DNA of 64,000 bases. Origin: Candidatus Nanoarchaeia archaeon. GTDB taxonomy: Archaea; Nanobdellota; Nanobdellia; Woesearchaeales; JANQNE01. Below are positions 28,739 through 38,755 of the stretch, in pieces. The notes under the pieces are model-generated. The model saw only the letters and a list, made by a program, of their open reading frames with translations. It was not told the origin of the DNA and ran no database searches. The stretch lies in assembly GCA_028279725.1 (NCBI GenBank), contig JANQNE010000011.1:25872-89871 (forward strand), given 5' to 3'. The number at the start of each line of letters is the position of its first letter. The stretch's first letter is position 1. A program made the position numbers and the translations under genes.

Positions 28739-31404
28739 TTTTGCCTATCAAGCTCTTTTTTTGCAATATCTTTTCTAAAAAACATGCCGTCGAAGTTTAT
28801 GTCATTTATTTTTGTGTATGCTGTATCGACGGCATCTTTAAGGGTTGATCCTAATGTGATTACATTTAATACTCTTCCTCCATTTGTGAGGATCTTTCCG
28901 TTATCTTTCTTTGTTCCAGCGTGAATCACCTGTGCTCCACTTATGTTATCTAAACCTTTTATCTCTTTTCCCTTTTCATATGAACCAGGATAACCTCCTG
29001 ATGCTAGTACTATGCTTACGCAGTGTTTTTCAGACCAGTCTAGTTTCATAGCTCCTAGTTTCTTGTCTATTACTGCGTTCATTACGTCAAGTATATCATT
29101 GTTTAATCTTGGAAGGATAACCTGTGTTTCCGGATCTCCAAATCTGCAGTTGAATTCTAAGATCTTTAGGCCGTCTTTTGTTTTCATAAGTCCGACGTAG
29201 AGGACTCCTTTGTATTCTATGCCTTCTGCTTTTGTTCCAGCTATGAATGGCTTAATTATCTTTTCTTCCATCTCTTTTTCAAGTCCGTCTAATATTGGTG
29301 CTGGTGAGTAAGCTCCCATCCCTCCTGTATTAGGGCCTTTGTCTCCTTCATAGATTGGTTTGTGATCCTGTGAATATACCATTGGCTTGAATGTTTCTGA
29401 GTCTACGAAGACTAAGTAGGACCCTTCTTCACCTACAAGACATTCTTCTACAACTATTGATGAAGATGCATCTCCGAATTTGTTTGCTTTTAGGCATTCT
29501 TCTGCAAACTTTACTGCTTCTTCTACTGTGTTTGCGACAAGAACTCCTTTTCCAGCAGCTAGTCCGTCTGCTTTTACGACAATTGGTGCTCCCTGCTTTT
29601 CGATGTATGCTTTTGCTTTTTCAAAATCAGTGAATTCATCAAATTCAACTGTTGGAAGATTATATTTTTTCATGAATCTTCTTGCAAATGCTTTTGATCC
29701 TTCAAACTGTGATGCTTTTTTGTTAGGGCCGAAGACTCTTATCCCTGCTTTTTCAAGTTCGTCAGCTGCTCCGTTAACTAGCGGAGCTTCTGGACCTATG
29801 ATTGCAAGATCTATCTTCTTTTCTTTTGCAAACTTGACTAAAGCTTCATTATCATTTTGGTCGATATCATGACAGCAAGCTACCTGGCCAATACCTGGAT
29901 TTCCCGGGACTGCGTATAGTTTGTTTAATCTGTCAGATTCTGTGACTTTTAATGCAATAGCATGCTCTCTTCCGCCTGAACCAACTATCATTACGTTAAG
30001 TTTGGTGTCTAATGTTGTCTGCTCTTCTGTTCTCTGGCAACCAAGGCATTGCTGCTGTGATTCTGATACTGGTTCTGGGTATTCTCCTGTTAAACATGCC
30101 ATACATACATCCCTCCTTGTAGCATTCTTGATATTATCAACTGTTGCATATACTAAATTATCTGCTTCAAGATATTCTCTTATCTGTTCTATTGATTTAT
30201 CTGAAGCTATAAGCTCTTTTTTTGTCGCCATGTCTATCCCATAGAAGCATGGGAATTTTATAGGAGGACAAGCAGAAACAAATGTAACTTTTCTAACTCC
30301 TCCATCTTTTAATGTTCTTACTATCCTTTTTGATGTTGTTCCCCTTACAATGCTGTCATCAACTACAGCAACACTCTTGTTTTCAAGTATACTTATTACA
30401 GGCCTTAGTTTTCTTCTTACTGAGTCATGCCTTGTCTTTTGTGATGACATTATGAATGTTCTTTGTATATATTTATCTTTGATCAGACCTTCCCTATATT
30501 TTACAGCAAGATCTTCACTTAATTTTATAGCAGCTGTCCTTCCTGAATCTGGAACTGGGACTACAACATCGATGTCTTTTTGGTCCATCTGCTCGCTCAT
30601 CAGTTTTCCAAGAGCTAATCTTGTCTTGTATACTGATCTGTTCTCTATCATGCTGTTCGGGCTTGCAAAATATATCCATTCAAACATACAATGAGCTTTT
30701 TTCTCCTGTTTTAGGATCTTGCTTTCTATAACCAAGTCTTTTGAGATAAAAACAGCTTCTCCTGGCTCTATATCTCTGACATAATCATGATCAATAACCT
30801 GAAATGCTACAGTTTCTGAAGCAAATATGTATGAATCTCCTCTCTTTCCGAGAACTAAAGGCCTTATGCCTCTTGGATCTCTTATCGCGAATATACCTTT
30901 GTCTGCTATCATTCCAACAATTGAGTAAGCTCCTCTTACCTTATCCATGAAGTGCTTTGCAGCTGCAAAGAAATCTCCATGCTGTTCGTAATGCTCTGCG
31001 AATATTCTTAGAAGAACTTCACCGTCAACAGAGGTTTCAAGATGTTTTCCTTTTTTTTGGAATTCTTCTTTTAGGTCGAAGTAGTTTATTGTGTTTCCGT
31101 TCTGAGCCATAGCAACTTTTGGGTTGATCTTTGTTGTAAGAGGTTGTGCGTCGCACAACATTCCTTTTCCCTGTGTTGCATATCTTGTGTGGCCGATGCC
31201 CATCTTCCCTTGTAATAGGTTTGCGTCTCTTGCCTTGAATACTCTGTGAACAGCATCCATCTCTTTTTTTGTGAAGAATTCGTCTTTTACGTTTGTTACT
31301 ATGCCGCATGCATCCTGGCCTCTATGCTGCAATGACATCAAGCTAGTTACTGCATCCTCAAAAACTTCATCATCTTTTGAAACAATACCAATAATTCCGC
31401 ACAT
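28735..31404 (-). CDS. Fusion of amidophosphoribosyltransferase (PurF, Fe-S type) and phosphoribosylamine--glycine ligase (PurD)
   Basis: N-terminus MCGIIGIV (Ntn Cys1), PRTase VVDDSIVRGTTS, Fe-S ligand regions CMFEWIYFASP and CMACLTGEYP. After a short linker comes LNVMIVGSGGREHAIALKV (PurD start) and the ATP-grasp C-terminal half. 889 aa. Confidence 0.85.
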   Translation of the reverse strand: MCGIIGIVSKDDEVFEDAVTSLMSLQHRGQDACGIVTNVKDEFFTKKEMDAVHRVFKARDANLLQGKMGIGHTRYATQGKGMLCDAQPLTTKINPKVAMAQNGNTINYFDLKEEFQKKGKHLETSVDGEVLLRIFAEHYEQHGDFFAAAKHFMDKVRGAYSIVGMIADKGIFAIRDPRGIRPLVLGKRGDSYIFASETVAFQVIDHDYVRDIEPGEAVFISKDLVIESKILKQEKKAHCMFEWIYFASPNSMIENRSVYKTRLALGKLMSEQMDQKDIDVVVPVPDSGRTAAIKLSEDLAVKYREGLIKDKYIQRTFIMSSQKTRHDSVRRKLRPVISILENKSVAVVDDSIVRGTTSKRIVRTLKDGGVRKVTFVSACPPIKFPCFYGIDMATKKELIASDKSIEQIREYLEADNLVYATVDNIKNATRRDVCMACLTGEYPEPVSESQQQCLGCQRTEEQTTLDTKLNVMIVGSGGREHAIALKVTESDRLNKLYAVPGNPGIGQVACCHDIDQNDNEALVKFAKEKKIDLAIIGPEAPLVNGAADELEKAGIRVFGPNKKASQFEGSKAFARRFMKKYNLPTVEFDEFTDFEKAKAYIEKQGAPIVVKADGLAAGKGVLVANTVEEAVKFAEECLKANKFGDASSSIVVEECLVGEEGSYLVFVDSETFKPMVYSQDHKPIYEGDKGPNTGGMGAYSPAPILDGLEKEMEEKIIKPFIAGTKAEGIEYKGVLYVGLMKTKDGLKILEFNCRFGDPETQVILPRLNNDILDVMNAVIDKKLGAMKLDWSEKHCVSIVLASGGYPGSYEKGKEIKGLDNISGAQVIHAGTKKDNGKILTNGGRVLNVITLGSTLKDAVDTAYTKINDINFDGMFFRKDIAKKELDRQK

Positions 31405-31406
31405 TT

Positions 31407-32231
31407 TTATCTATCCTTAAAATAGTCAACAGCATTCTGGAAAATCCTGAAGTTTGAGCTAATTAAATCAGGGATCTCTTTGTTTTCTCTTTTAGCGATC
31501 TCTTTTTTCAGATGGAATTCCGGCTCGCTGATTGAGTATATTGCTCTTTCTGGATGAGGCATCATTCCCATTAGCCTTCCAGTCTTGTCGCAGATAGCTG
31601 CTATATCATTTAAAGCTCCATTAGGGTTGATAGGGTAAACATTTTCTGCATCATCTCCTGCTTCATTGCAGTACGTGAAAACTATCTGGTTGTTCTTTTT
31701 TAATTCTTCAAGTGTGTTTTTATCGCATGTGAATCTTCCTTCTCCATGAGCTATAGGGAGATGTGTCTGTTCTATTCCTTTTGTGAATATACAATTAGAA
31801 TTGTTGTTTTTTATGTTTACCCATAAGCATTCATATCTGTTGCTTGTGTTTGATTCTAATGAGCTGATTCTTTTTCCGTAGTCTCCATCTGTAGCGAATA
31901 ATCCTAAATGGGTCATGACCTGGAATCCGTTGCAGACTCCGAGTATCAATTTTCCTGAGTTTATGAACTCTAAAAGATCTTCCCAAAGGTTGTTTTTTAT
32001 CTTGTTTGCAAAAGCATTTCCTGAACCTGTGTCATCTCCATACGAGAATCCTCCTGGAAACATAATTATATTGTAGTCAGACATCTTTTTCTTTTTTGAG
32101 ATAAGGTCGTTTATGTGGACAATTTCGCATTCAGCTCCTGCTTTTTCAAAAGCATGAGCACTTTCTTTCTCGCAGTTGATCCCATATCCTGACATAATCA
32201 ATACTTTTGGTATCATATTAATAGTCCTCAA
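31407..32231 (-). CDS. purQ: FGAM synthase glutaminase subunit
   Basis: Class I GATase catalytic GVCNGFQ and HGEGRF; 274 aa; overlaps the purL stop. Confidence 0.85.
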   Translation of the reverse strand: MRTINMIPKVLIMSGYGINCEKESAHAFEKAGAECEIVHINDLISKKKKMSDYNIIMFPGGFSYGDDTGSGNAFANKIKNNLWEDLLEFINSGKLILGVCNGFQVMTHLGLFATDGDYGKRISSLESNTSNRYECLWVNIKNNNSNCIFTKGIEQTHLPIAHGEGRFTCDKNTLEELKKNNQIVFTYCNEAGDDAENVYPINPNGALNDIAAICDKTGRLMGMMPHPERAIYSISEPEFHLKKEIAKRENKEIPDLISSNFRIFQNAVDYFKDR

Positions 32232-35214
32232 ACCTTTTTTTGTATATTTTTTCTAATTTTTCAATGTCTGTCTTGATTACTTGTTCTTCTTTGTTGTTTA
32301 TTATGAACTCATTGTCTTCTTTTACTGTTCCTATCTTTGCTATGTCGAAGTCGCTCATTGCTTTTACAAATTCATCCTGGTCTTTAGGGTTGATCGTTAC
32401 GATGAATCTGGACTGTGATTCTGAATAGAATATCTTTTCTATTGGCAGGTTATCGTTTGGTGCTTTGCTTAAGTCTGTTTCCGCTCCAAGCTGTCCTGCG
32501 ATTGCCATCTTTGCTAATGTGATCAGTAGTCCGCCTTGATTGACTGGAGCACATGCACTGAACATTCCTTTTTTGTTTAACTGGAACATTGTTTCGTAAA
32601 GTTTTCTTGCTTTTTGTGCATCTACTTTTGGTGACTTTGCTCCGAACTTATCGAATGCTCTATAGAACTCGCTTCCACCACATTCGTCTTTCGTCATTCC
32701 TATGGTGTATATCAGATCTCCCGGAAGCTTGAAGTCCATCGTTATTGTATCTTTTGCATTGTCGATTATGCTTATGCTTGAGATCATCAATGTTGGAAGT
32801 ACTGAAATCTTTATTGAGTTATCTTTTTCGTCAAATCCTTTGAAATCGTTGAACATGCTGTCTTTTCCTGAGATAAATGGTGTTTTGTAGATGGTTGCAT
32901 AATCATAGCATGCTTGTGCTGCGTCTTTTAGCTGGCCCATACGTTCTGGCTCGTTTGAACTGCACCAGCAGAAGTTGTCCATGAGTGCAAGATGGTCTAT
33001 GTTTCCGCCGACAGCAACACAGTTTCTTATTGAAGTGTCTATAGCACATGCTGCCATATCATAGCAGTTTATCTCGCTTAGTCTTGGATAAAGGCATTGT
33101 GACATAACAGCTGCTTTATTGCTGCTGAACAAAGGCTTTACAACTGAAGCTGCTCCGTTGACTCTGCCTTTTCCCTGTAATGGTTTTATGACTGAGTTAT
33201 TCTGAACTTCATGATCATACTGTTTTGATATAAATTCAAAGCTGCAGTTGTTGTGATTTCCCAGGATCTTTTCGAACAGTGCTTTTTGGTTGTCTATTGT
33301 TATTTTTGGCTCTTCTGTCCTGTAAGGATAAGGTTTTGTGATAAGTTTTCTTTTTGGAAGTCCGTCATGTAAGAATTCCATGTCTAAGTTGAATATTTCT
33401 TTTCCGTTGAAATTCACTATAGCTTTTTTTGTGTCGTTGAAATTTCCAATTACTGTTGATTCAACTCCTCTGCTTTCCATAAGGTCCATGAATTCTTTTA
33501 GCTTGTTGTCTGGAACTGATAATGTCATACGTTCCTGTGATTCTGAAATCCATGTTTCCCAAGGCGGAAGTCCTGGATATTTTAGAGGAACTTTTTCTAA
33601 GTCTACTATGAAACCACCACATTCTCTTGCCATCTCTGCAACTGAACAGGATAATCCTCCTGCTCCATTGTCTGTTATGCTATTGTAAAGTTCTTTATCT
33701 CTTGCTTCTTTTACAATTGCATCCGAGAGTTTCTTTTGAGTGATCGGATCTCCTATCTGAACAGCTGTTGCTGGTGAGCCTTCATCCATCTCTTCTGATG
33801 AGAATGTTGCTCCGTGAATACCATCTTTTCCAACTCTTCCGCCGATCATGACAATGTTGTCTCCTGGCTGAGCCTGTTTGTCCTGGCTTGGATTTCCGTT
33901 AGGAAGTTTTCTTGGTAAAAGTCCTACAGTTCCTACGAATATGAGAGGTTTTCCCTTGTAGCAATCGTCGAAGTATACAAATCCTGTTGGTGTTGGAATA
34001 CCTGAGCAGTTTCCTCCTACATTTACTCCATGTATTACTCCATCCATGATCTTTCTTGGTGTTAAAGCTGGGTTTGTCTTGTTCTTTCCTCTGTAAATGA
34101 ATGTCTTGTCTTCTGGTCTTCCTAAGCAGAAGCCGTATTTGTTAACTATTGGAAGTGCGCCCATACCGAAGCCGATAGTGTCTCTGTTAACTCCTACAAT
34201 TCCAGTTATAGCTCCTCCAAATGGATCTAATGCTGAAGGACTATTATGTGTTTCAGCTTTGTCTGTGATCATCCAGTCGTCATTGAATATTATTCCTCCT
34301 GAATTGTCTTTGAATACTGATAAGCAGAAATCTTTATCTCCTAAGTCTTCTCTTACTTTTATTGTCGCTGCTTTGATGAACTTTTTGTATATTCCTTCTT
34401 TTATGTCATCTATCTCTCCTGCAAATAAAGTGTGTTTGCAGTGTTCTGACCATGTTTGTGCGATTGATTCCAGCTCAATATCAGTTGCTTTTCTTCCTTC
34501 TTTTTTGTAATAAGCCTGTATTGCGTGTAAGTAGTCTAAGTCTAAAGCTAAAGGGCCTCTTCTTGTGTTTGTTACAGGATCAGGAATTCCTTTTTTTCCA
34601 AGTTCTGTAAGAATTTCATCACTGACATTCAGATCAATTGCAATTACGTTTTGTTCTTCTTTTATGTTTACTTTTGGAACAATATAATCCATGCCGTTGT
34701 CTTCAGTGTATTGTTCTGCTGATTTGATGTGGAAACGTTCTATTAAAGTGTTGATTAGTTCTTTTGCAATTATTTCTATGTCTTCTTTCTTTAGGTTGTC
34801 TGATTTTATTAAGATCAGTTTAGAAGTGAATACTTTGTTTCTTCCAATGTTGATCTTGAATAGGTCGTTTATGATTTCTGTAGTTGTGTTTGCTACATTG
34901 TCTGTAACTCCTGGCAAGAATCCCAGTTCTAATGCCCAGCTAAACTCTTTTTTTGATGGTGAGTTGATCCTTGGAGTTTCTACGATAGGATTGTGTAATG
35001 CGTTAGCTATTGCTGTTATTTGTTCTGCTGAGAAATCATACTGGATAGTGTATACTTTGCTTACTTCAATAGAGGTTTCGAAGCCCAGCGAGAACAGCTT
35101 TTTCTCTAATATTTTGGCTTCAGAGCCCTTCTCCTTGGAATCTATAGAAATCCTAAATATCTGTCCATTTTCTTGCATGATCAACCCCCTATAGTTAGCT
35201 GAAAAATGACTCAT
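32218..35214 (-). CDS. purL: FGAM synthase II (PurL) with ~215-aa N-terminal PurS-like extension
   Basis: SEHCKH motif at ~aa 250 marks the canonical smPurL start, followed by PurM-like repeats. The upstream segment LGFLPGVTDNVANTTTEIINDL resembles the PurS core; no separate purS in the operon. 998 aa. Confidence 0.8.
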   Translation of the reverse strand: MSHFSANYRGLIMQENGQIFRISIDSKEKGSEAKILEKKLFSLGFETSIEVSKVYTIQYDFSAEQITAIANALHNPIVETPRINSPSKKEFSWALELGFLPGVTDNVANTTTEIINDLFKINIGRNKVFTSKLILIKSDNLKKEDIEIIAKELINTLIERFHIKSAEQYTEDNGMDYIVPKVNIKEEQNVIAIDLNVSDEILTELGKKGIPDPVTNTRRGPLALDLDYLHAIQAYYKKEGRKATDIELESIAQTWSEHCKHTLFAGEIDDIKEGIYKKFIKAATIKVREDLGDKDFCLSVFKDNSGGIIFNDDWMITDKAETHNSPSALDPFGGAITGIVGVNRDTIGFGMGALPIVNKYGFCLGRPEDKTFIYRGKNKTNPALTPRKIMDGVIHGVNVGGNCSGIPTPTGFVYFDDCYKGKPLIFVGTVGLLPRKLPNGNPSQDKQAQPGDNIVMIGGRVGKDGIHGATFSSEEMDEGSPATAVQIGDPITQKKLSDAIVKEARDKELYNSITDNGAGGLSCSVAEMARECGGFIVDLEKVPLKYPGLPPWETWISESQERMTLSVPDNKLKEFMDLMESRGVESTVIGNFNDTKKAIVNFNGKEIFNLDMEFLHDGLPKRKLITKPYPYRTEEPKITIDNQKALFEKILGNHNNCSFEFISKQYDHEVQNNSVIKPLQGKGRVNGAASVVKPLFSSNKAAVMSQCLYPRLSEINCYDMAACAIDTSIRNCVAVGGNIDHLALMDNFCWCSSNEPERMGQLKDAAQACYDYATIYKTPFISGKDSMFNDFKGFDEKDNSIKISVLPTLMISSISIIDNAKDTITMDFKLPGDLIYTIGMTKDECGGSEFYRAFDKFGAKSPKVDAQKARKLYETMFQLNKKGMFSACAPVNQGGLLITLAKMAIAGQLGAETDLSKAPNDNLPIEKIFYSESQSRFIVTINPKDQDEFVKAMSDFDIAKIGTVKEDNEFIINNKEEQVIKTDIEKLEKIYKKRFEDY

Positions 35215-35269
35215 ATATAAATATTATGGCTACCAGCCAGTACTAAAGATATACTCAAGAATATAGTTT

Positions 35270-35704
35270 TTACCCTCTAAGTGAAGGATGTAATGGGTAA
35301 GAAGGTGTTATGTATGTGTCTCCTCTTGATTCTACTTTTATCAATGTGTTATCAGCTACCCTAAAATCTAACGGGTCTTTGATTGCATTATCCCTGGCTT
35401 CGAATTTTCCAAGATAACATTCTTGAACTGCTTGTTTTAAGTGCGGTTCACAAGCAAAGATTTCAGCATAAGGTGTTGCTTCCATGATTGCCTTTGCAAC
35501 ATCAAGACTTGAGCTTCCTTCTTTTACAATGTTTGCCAGATCAACCATATCATAGAGCTTAATTGTTCCTGCTGGTTCTTTTTCACACTTCTTACATTCT
35601 CCATAAGGAAGATGCATAGTCTCGGTCAACCTATTTCTATCCATCGCTTTTCTAAGTGGAATGGATTTTTCCAAACCTTTTATGAATTCTCCTAAATCTG
35701 ACAT
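35270..35704 (-). CDS. Hypothetical protein within the purine operon
   Basis: 144-aa ORF between purB and purL; CKKCEKE pair; no family assigned. Confidence 0.4.
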   Translation of the reverse strand: MSDLGEFIKGLEKSIPLRKAMDRNRLTETMHLPYGECKKCEKEPAGTIKLYDMVDLANIVKEGSSSLDVAKAIMEATPYAEIFACEPHLKQAVQECYLGKFEARDNAIKDPLDFRVADNTLIKVESRGDTYITPSYPLHPSLRG

Positions 35705-35787
35705 AGAACAAAAGGATTACTAAGTTGTATATAAATATTATTGTTTTTGAGTATTCTAGAATGGTAACGTTACGTTAATCGTAAGAA

Positions 35788-37227
35788 CTAAACATTAATT
35801 GATGTGTTTGATTTTCCGACCAATTCTTTGTATTTTTCCAGAACTGGTTTGACTTCTTTCTGGATGAATTCTTCTGTCTGTTCTTTTGCTGCTCCTGTGA
35901 ACCTTACTGGGTTGTCTAATAGTGAGTTTAGGTAGTTTTCATCTACTGGTATTGACTGGTCTTCTGCTAATCTTTTGAATAAGTCATTCGGTTTTCCTTC
36001 TAGTTTTACTGATTTTGCTGCATCTACTGAATGTTTCTTTATTATTTCGTGCATCTCTTGTCTGTCATGTCCTTGTTTTGCCAATTCCATCAGTATAACT
36101 TCTGTTGACATGAACGGCAGTTCTGCATCAAGATGTTTTTTGATCTGAGCTGGATAGACAACCATGCCGTCTGTTATGTTTTGATATAGTTTTAAGATTG
36201 CGTTTGCTAGAAGGAAAGACTGAGGTATACTGATCCTTCTTATGGATGAATCATCTAGTGTTCTTTCAAACCACTGGTTAGCGTGAATATGTGAGAAATC
36301 TATTTGAAGATTGATGAGTTTTCTTGCCAATGCAGTCATACGTTCAGAACGCATTGGGTTCCTTTTGTATGCCATAGCTGAAGATCCTGTCTGTGATTTT
36401 GCAAATGGCTCTTCCATTATCTTAAGATTTGACATAAGTCTCATGTCAACTGCGAATTTATGCGCTGATTCTGCGATTCCTGACAGAATTTTTGCAACTA
36501 TAGTGTCGAATTTTCTTGTGTAAGTCTGTCCTGTAGTTGGATATGATTCTTCAAAACCTAATTTTTTGCTTACTAAGCTGTCTAATTGCTTAACTTTTTC
36601 ATAATTGTCGTTGAAAAGTTCTGTGTATGATGCCTGAGTTCCTACTGTTCCTTTTGCTCCTCTTGCTTTTAATTCTATCTGTTCTAATTGTTTTAGGTCT
36701 AGTAAAAGATCTTGAATGTAAAGTGTGATTCTTTTTCCTATGGTTGTCGGCTGTGCTGGCTGGTAATGTGTGTATCCTAGTGTTGCTAATGATTTGTTTT
36801 CTTCAGCAAATTTGGATAAGTTGTTTATTGTGTTTATTAATCCTGCTTTTATGATCTTCAGTGCTTCTCTTATTTGGATTAGATCTGTGTTGCAGCAGAC
36901 GAACTGAGAAGTTGCTCCTAAATGGATTATTCCTTTTGCTTTTGGGCAGTGTGTTCCGTATTCAAACACATGAGCCATGACGTCGTGTCTGATTTCTTTT
37001 TCTTTTTCTTTTGCGATGTCATAGTTGATTGTGTTCTGAGCAGCTTTTAGCTCTTCGATCATCTCTGGAGTGATCTGGGAGAGTCCTAGTTCCATCTGAG
37101 ATTCAGCTAAAGCTATCCAGCACTTTCTCCATGTTGAGAACTTGAAATTATCTGAGAATATCTGCTGCATCTCTTTGTCAGTATATCTTCCTACTAACGG
37201 ATCCTGGTAAACTTCGTGATTGCTCAT
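35788..37227 (-). CDS. purB: Adenylosuccinate lyase
   Basis: Fumarate-lyase signature GSSAMAYKRNPMRSE and the PurB-specific C-terminal domain; 479 aa. Confidence 0.85.
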   Translation of the reverse strand: MSNHEVYQDPLVGRYTDKEMQQIFSDNFKFSTWRKCWIALAESQMELGLSQITPEMIEELKAAQNTINYDIAKEKEKEIRHDVMAHVFEYGTHCPKAKGIIHLGATSQFVCCNTDLIQIREALKIIKAGLINTINNLSKFAEENKSLATLGYTHYQPAQPTTIGKRITLYIQDLLLDLKQLEQIELKARGAKGTVGTQASYTELFNDNYEKVKQLDSLVSKKLGFEESYPTTGQTYTRKFDTIVAKILSGIAESAHKFAVDMRLMSNLKIMEEPFAKSQTGSSAMAYKRNPMRSERMTALARKLINLQIDFSHIHANQWFERTLDDSSIRRISIPQSFLLANAILKLYQNITDGMVVYPAQIKKHLDAELPFMSTEVILMELAKQGHDRQEMHEIIKKHSVDAAKSVKLEGKPNDLFKRLAEDQSIPVDENYLNSLLDNPVRFTGAAKEQTEEFIQKEVKPVLEKYKELVGKSNTSINV

Positions 37228-37287
37228 TTTACCCCCTATGTCTGAAGAGTAGATGGTTGATATTTAAATGTTTTGAGAAAAATAAGG

Positions 37288-38244
37288 CTATGACACCTTA
37301 AATCTATTCTTAGTAATAGAAGTTATGTCTTCTCCAACTGCCTTATTTACAATATCTCTTAGAAAGTTTATTGACTCATCTTCCCCAATATCTTTTAATT
37401 CATTTAATATGACTCTAATCTTATTTTTTCCATATGTTTCTTCAATATATTTCCAAAAACAATATCCTGTGTAATACCAGTAAATACGTGGATTTTCAGG
37501 AGCTTTTGATAAATCTGAATAATCATGTACTCTTTTTATTTGAGGATCCCCAAAGTCTGATCCATACCACCCATCACTTCTACACTCAATTCCTATGGCT
37601 CTTCTTTCCTGCTCATCTATATAAGTTGCTATCCCTTCGTTCGCCCACCCAGGAATAATGGTATCTGAAACAAATACATGGGTCATTTCATGTAAGTTTA
37701 AACAAACTTGTTCTTCATAGATTTTCTCTTTAAAATAACCCTCATTATCAACTCGTCTTTTATAAGCTTCCATATTAAGAAAAGTCGTTACCCCACTAGA
37801 TGTAGCTCCTGAGAATGTGTTCTCATCATCTCCGACCAAAACTAGATAATAAATAAATTCAGACTTTGTAGAATTGGGCAAATCAATTCCTAATTCTTTC
37901 TTCAGGAATTTGATACAAGTTAAAGAATCTTGCAAATAATCTTCAGCTAACCACTTACCAAATTCCTTGTTGTAAACTATAGTTACATTCTCTCTAGAGA
38001 TTATATCTTCATCTTCACCAGGAACCCCTTCGCAATCTATATAACATCTTTGCCAAGTCTCTTTACCATTGCATATTCCATCACCACAAAAAGGAGGTCT
38101 TTCTTCTTTGACTTTCTCATACTCATTAATAACAGCTGGTGCTTCTTCCTCAATAATTATGATGGGGGTGTCTTTCTCCTTAGTTTCCTGATAAGCACAA
38201 CCAGTAATCAATAAAACAAAAACTATGAAAACGACTTTTATCAT
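37288..38244 (-). CDS. Putative lipoprotein, gluzincin-like zinc metalloprotease
   Basis: Signal/lipobox-like N-terminus MIKVVFIVFVLLITGCAY; HEMTH zinc motif with a downstream Glu (NEGIATY) at gluzincin spacing. Confidence 0.45.
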   Translation of the reverse strand: MIKVVFIVFVLLITGCAYQETKEKDTPIIIIEEEAPAVINEYEKVKEERPPFCGDGICNGKETWQRCYIDCEGVPGEDEDIISRENVTIVYNKEFGKWLAEDYLQDSLTCIKFLKKELGIDLPNSTKSEFIYYLVLVGDDENTFSGATSSGVTTFLNMEAYKRRVDNEGYFKEKIYEEQVCLNLHEMTHVFVSDTIIPGWANEGIATYIDEQERRAIGIECRSDGWYGSDFGDPQIKRVHDYSDLSKAPENPRIYWYYTGYCFWKYIEETYGKNKIRVILNELKDIGEDESINFLRDIVNKAVGEDITSITKNRFKVS

Positions 38245-38317
38245 AGAGGTGGTAAAACAACTACATTATTTATATTTTTTGATAAAAAAATGAAAAAATA
38301 AAAATAAAGAACTAAGC

Positions 38318-38755
38318 TTATTCCTGTTTTGGCTCTTCCTCTGCAGGTTCTTCTGCAACTTGCTCTTCAGCTGGAGCTTCTTCTTCACCGAAGTCTTCTG
38401 TGTCTTCTGGTGCAGGTTCGTCTGCAACTGGTTCTGGCTGAACCTCAGGTTCTGCTTGTGGAGCAGGAGCTGGTGAGTCTTCGATTGGTCCTTGTGCATC
38501 GCCGATCTTGTCTGCGAATCCAACTTTCTTAAGGACTCTAGTTACTTTTACTCTGCATTCTTCTCCTTCCTTTACGCCAGGAACAAAAAGAACAAATCCT
38601 TTTACCTTTGCTATACCGTCGCCTTTTTCTCCGACAGCCTCTATCCTTACATCTATCTCTTCATCTACTTTAACTGGAGCAAAACTTCTTCTTCCGCCGA
38701 AGCCTCCTCCGCCAAATCCGCCACGGCCTCTGCCGCCGCCTTCGCCATATGTCAT
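38318..38755 (-). CDS. TRAM-domain RNA-binding protein with N-terminal RGG box and acidic P/E/A-rich tail
   Basis: GGGRGRGGFGGGGFGGRR, then a TRAM-like beta barrel IDVRIEAVGEKGDGIAKVKGFVLFVPGVKEGEECRVKVTRV, then ~50 aa of acidic low complexity. Confidence 0.6.
   Translation of the reverse strand: MTYGEGGGRGRGGFGGGGFGGRRSFAPVKVDEEIDVRIEAVGEKGDGIAKVKGFVLFVPGVKEGEECRVKVTRVLKKVGFADKIGDAQGPIEDSPAPAPQAEPEVQPEPVADEPAPEDTEDFGEEEAPAEEQVAEEPAEEEPKQE

Noticed and set aside
29391-29633. Leu-rich 80-aa ORF and many other 60-140-aa antisense ORFs inside pur genes
   Set aside because: They are shadow ORFs within strongly supported enzyme genes; none has an independent start context or motifs.
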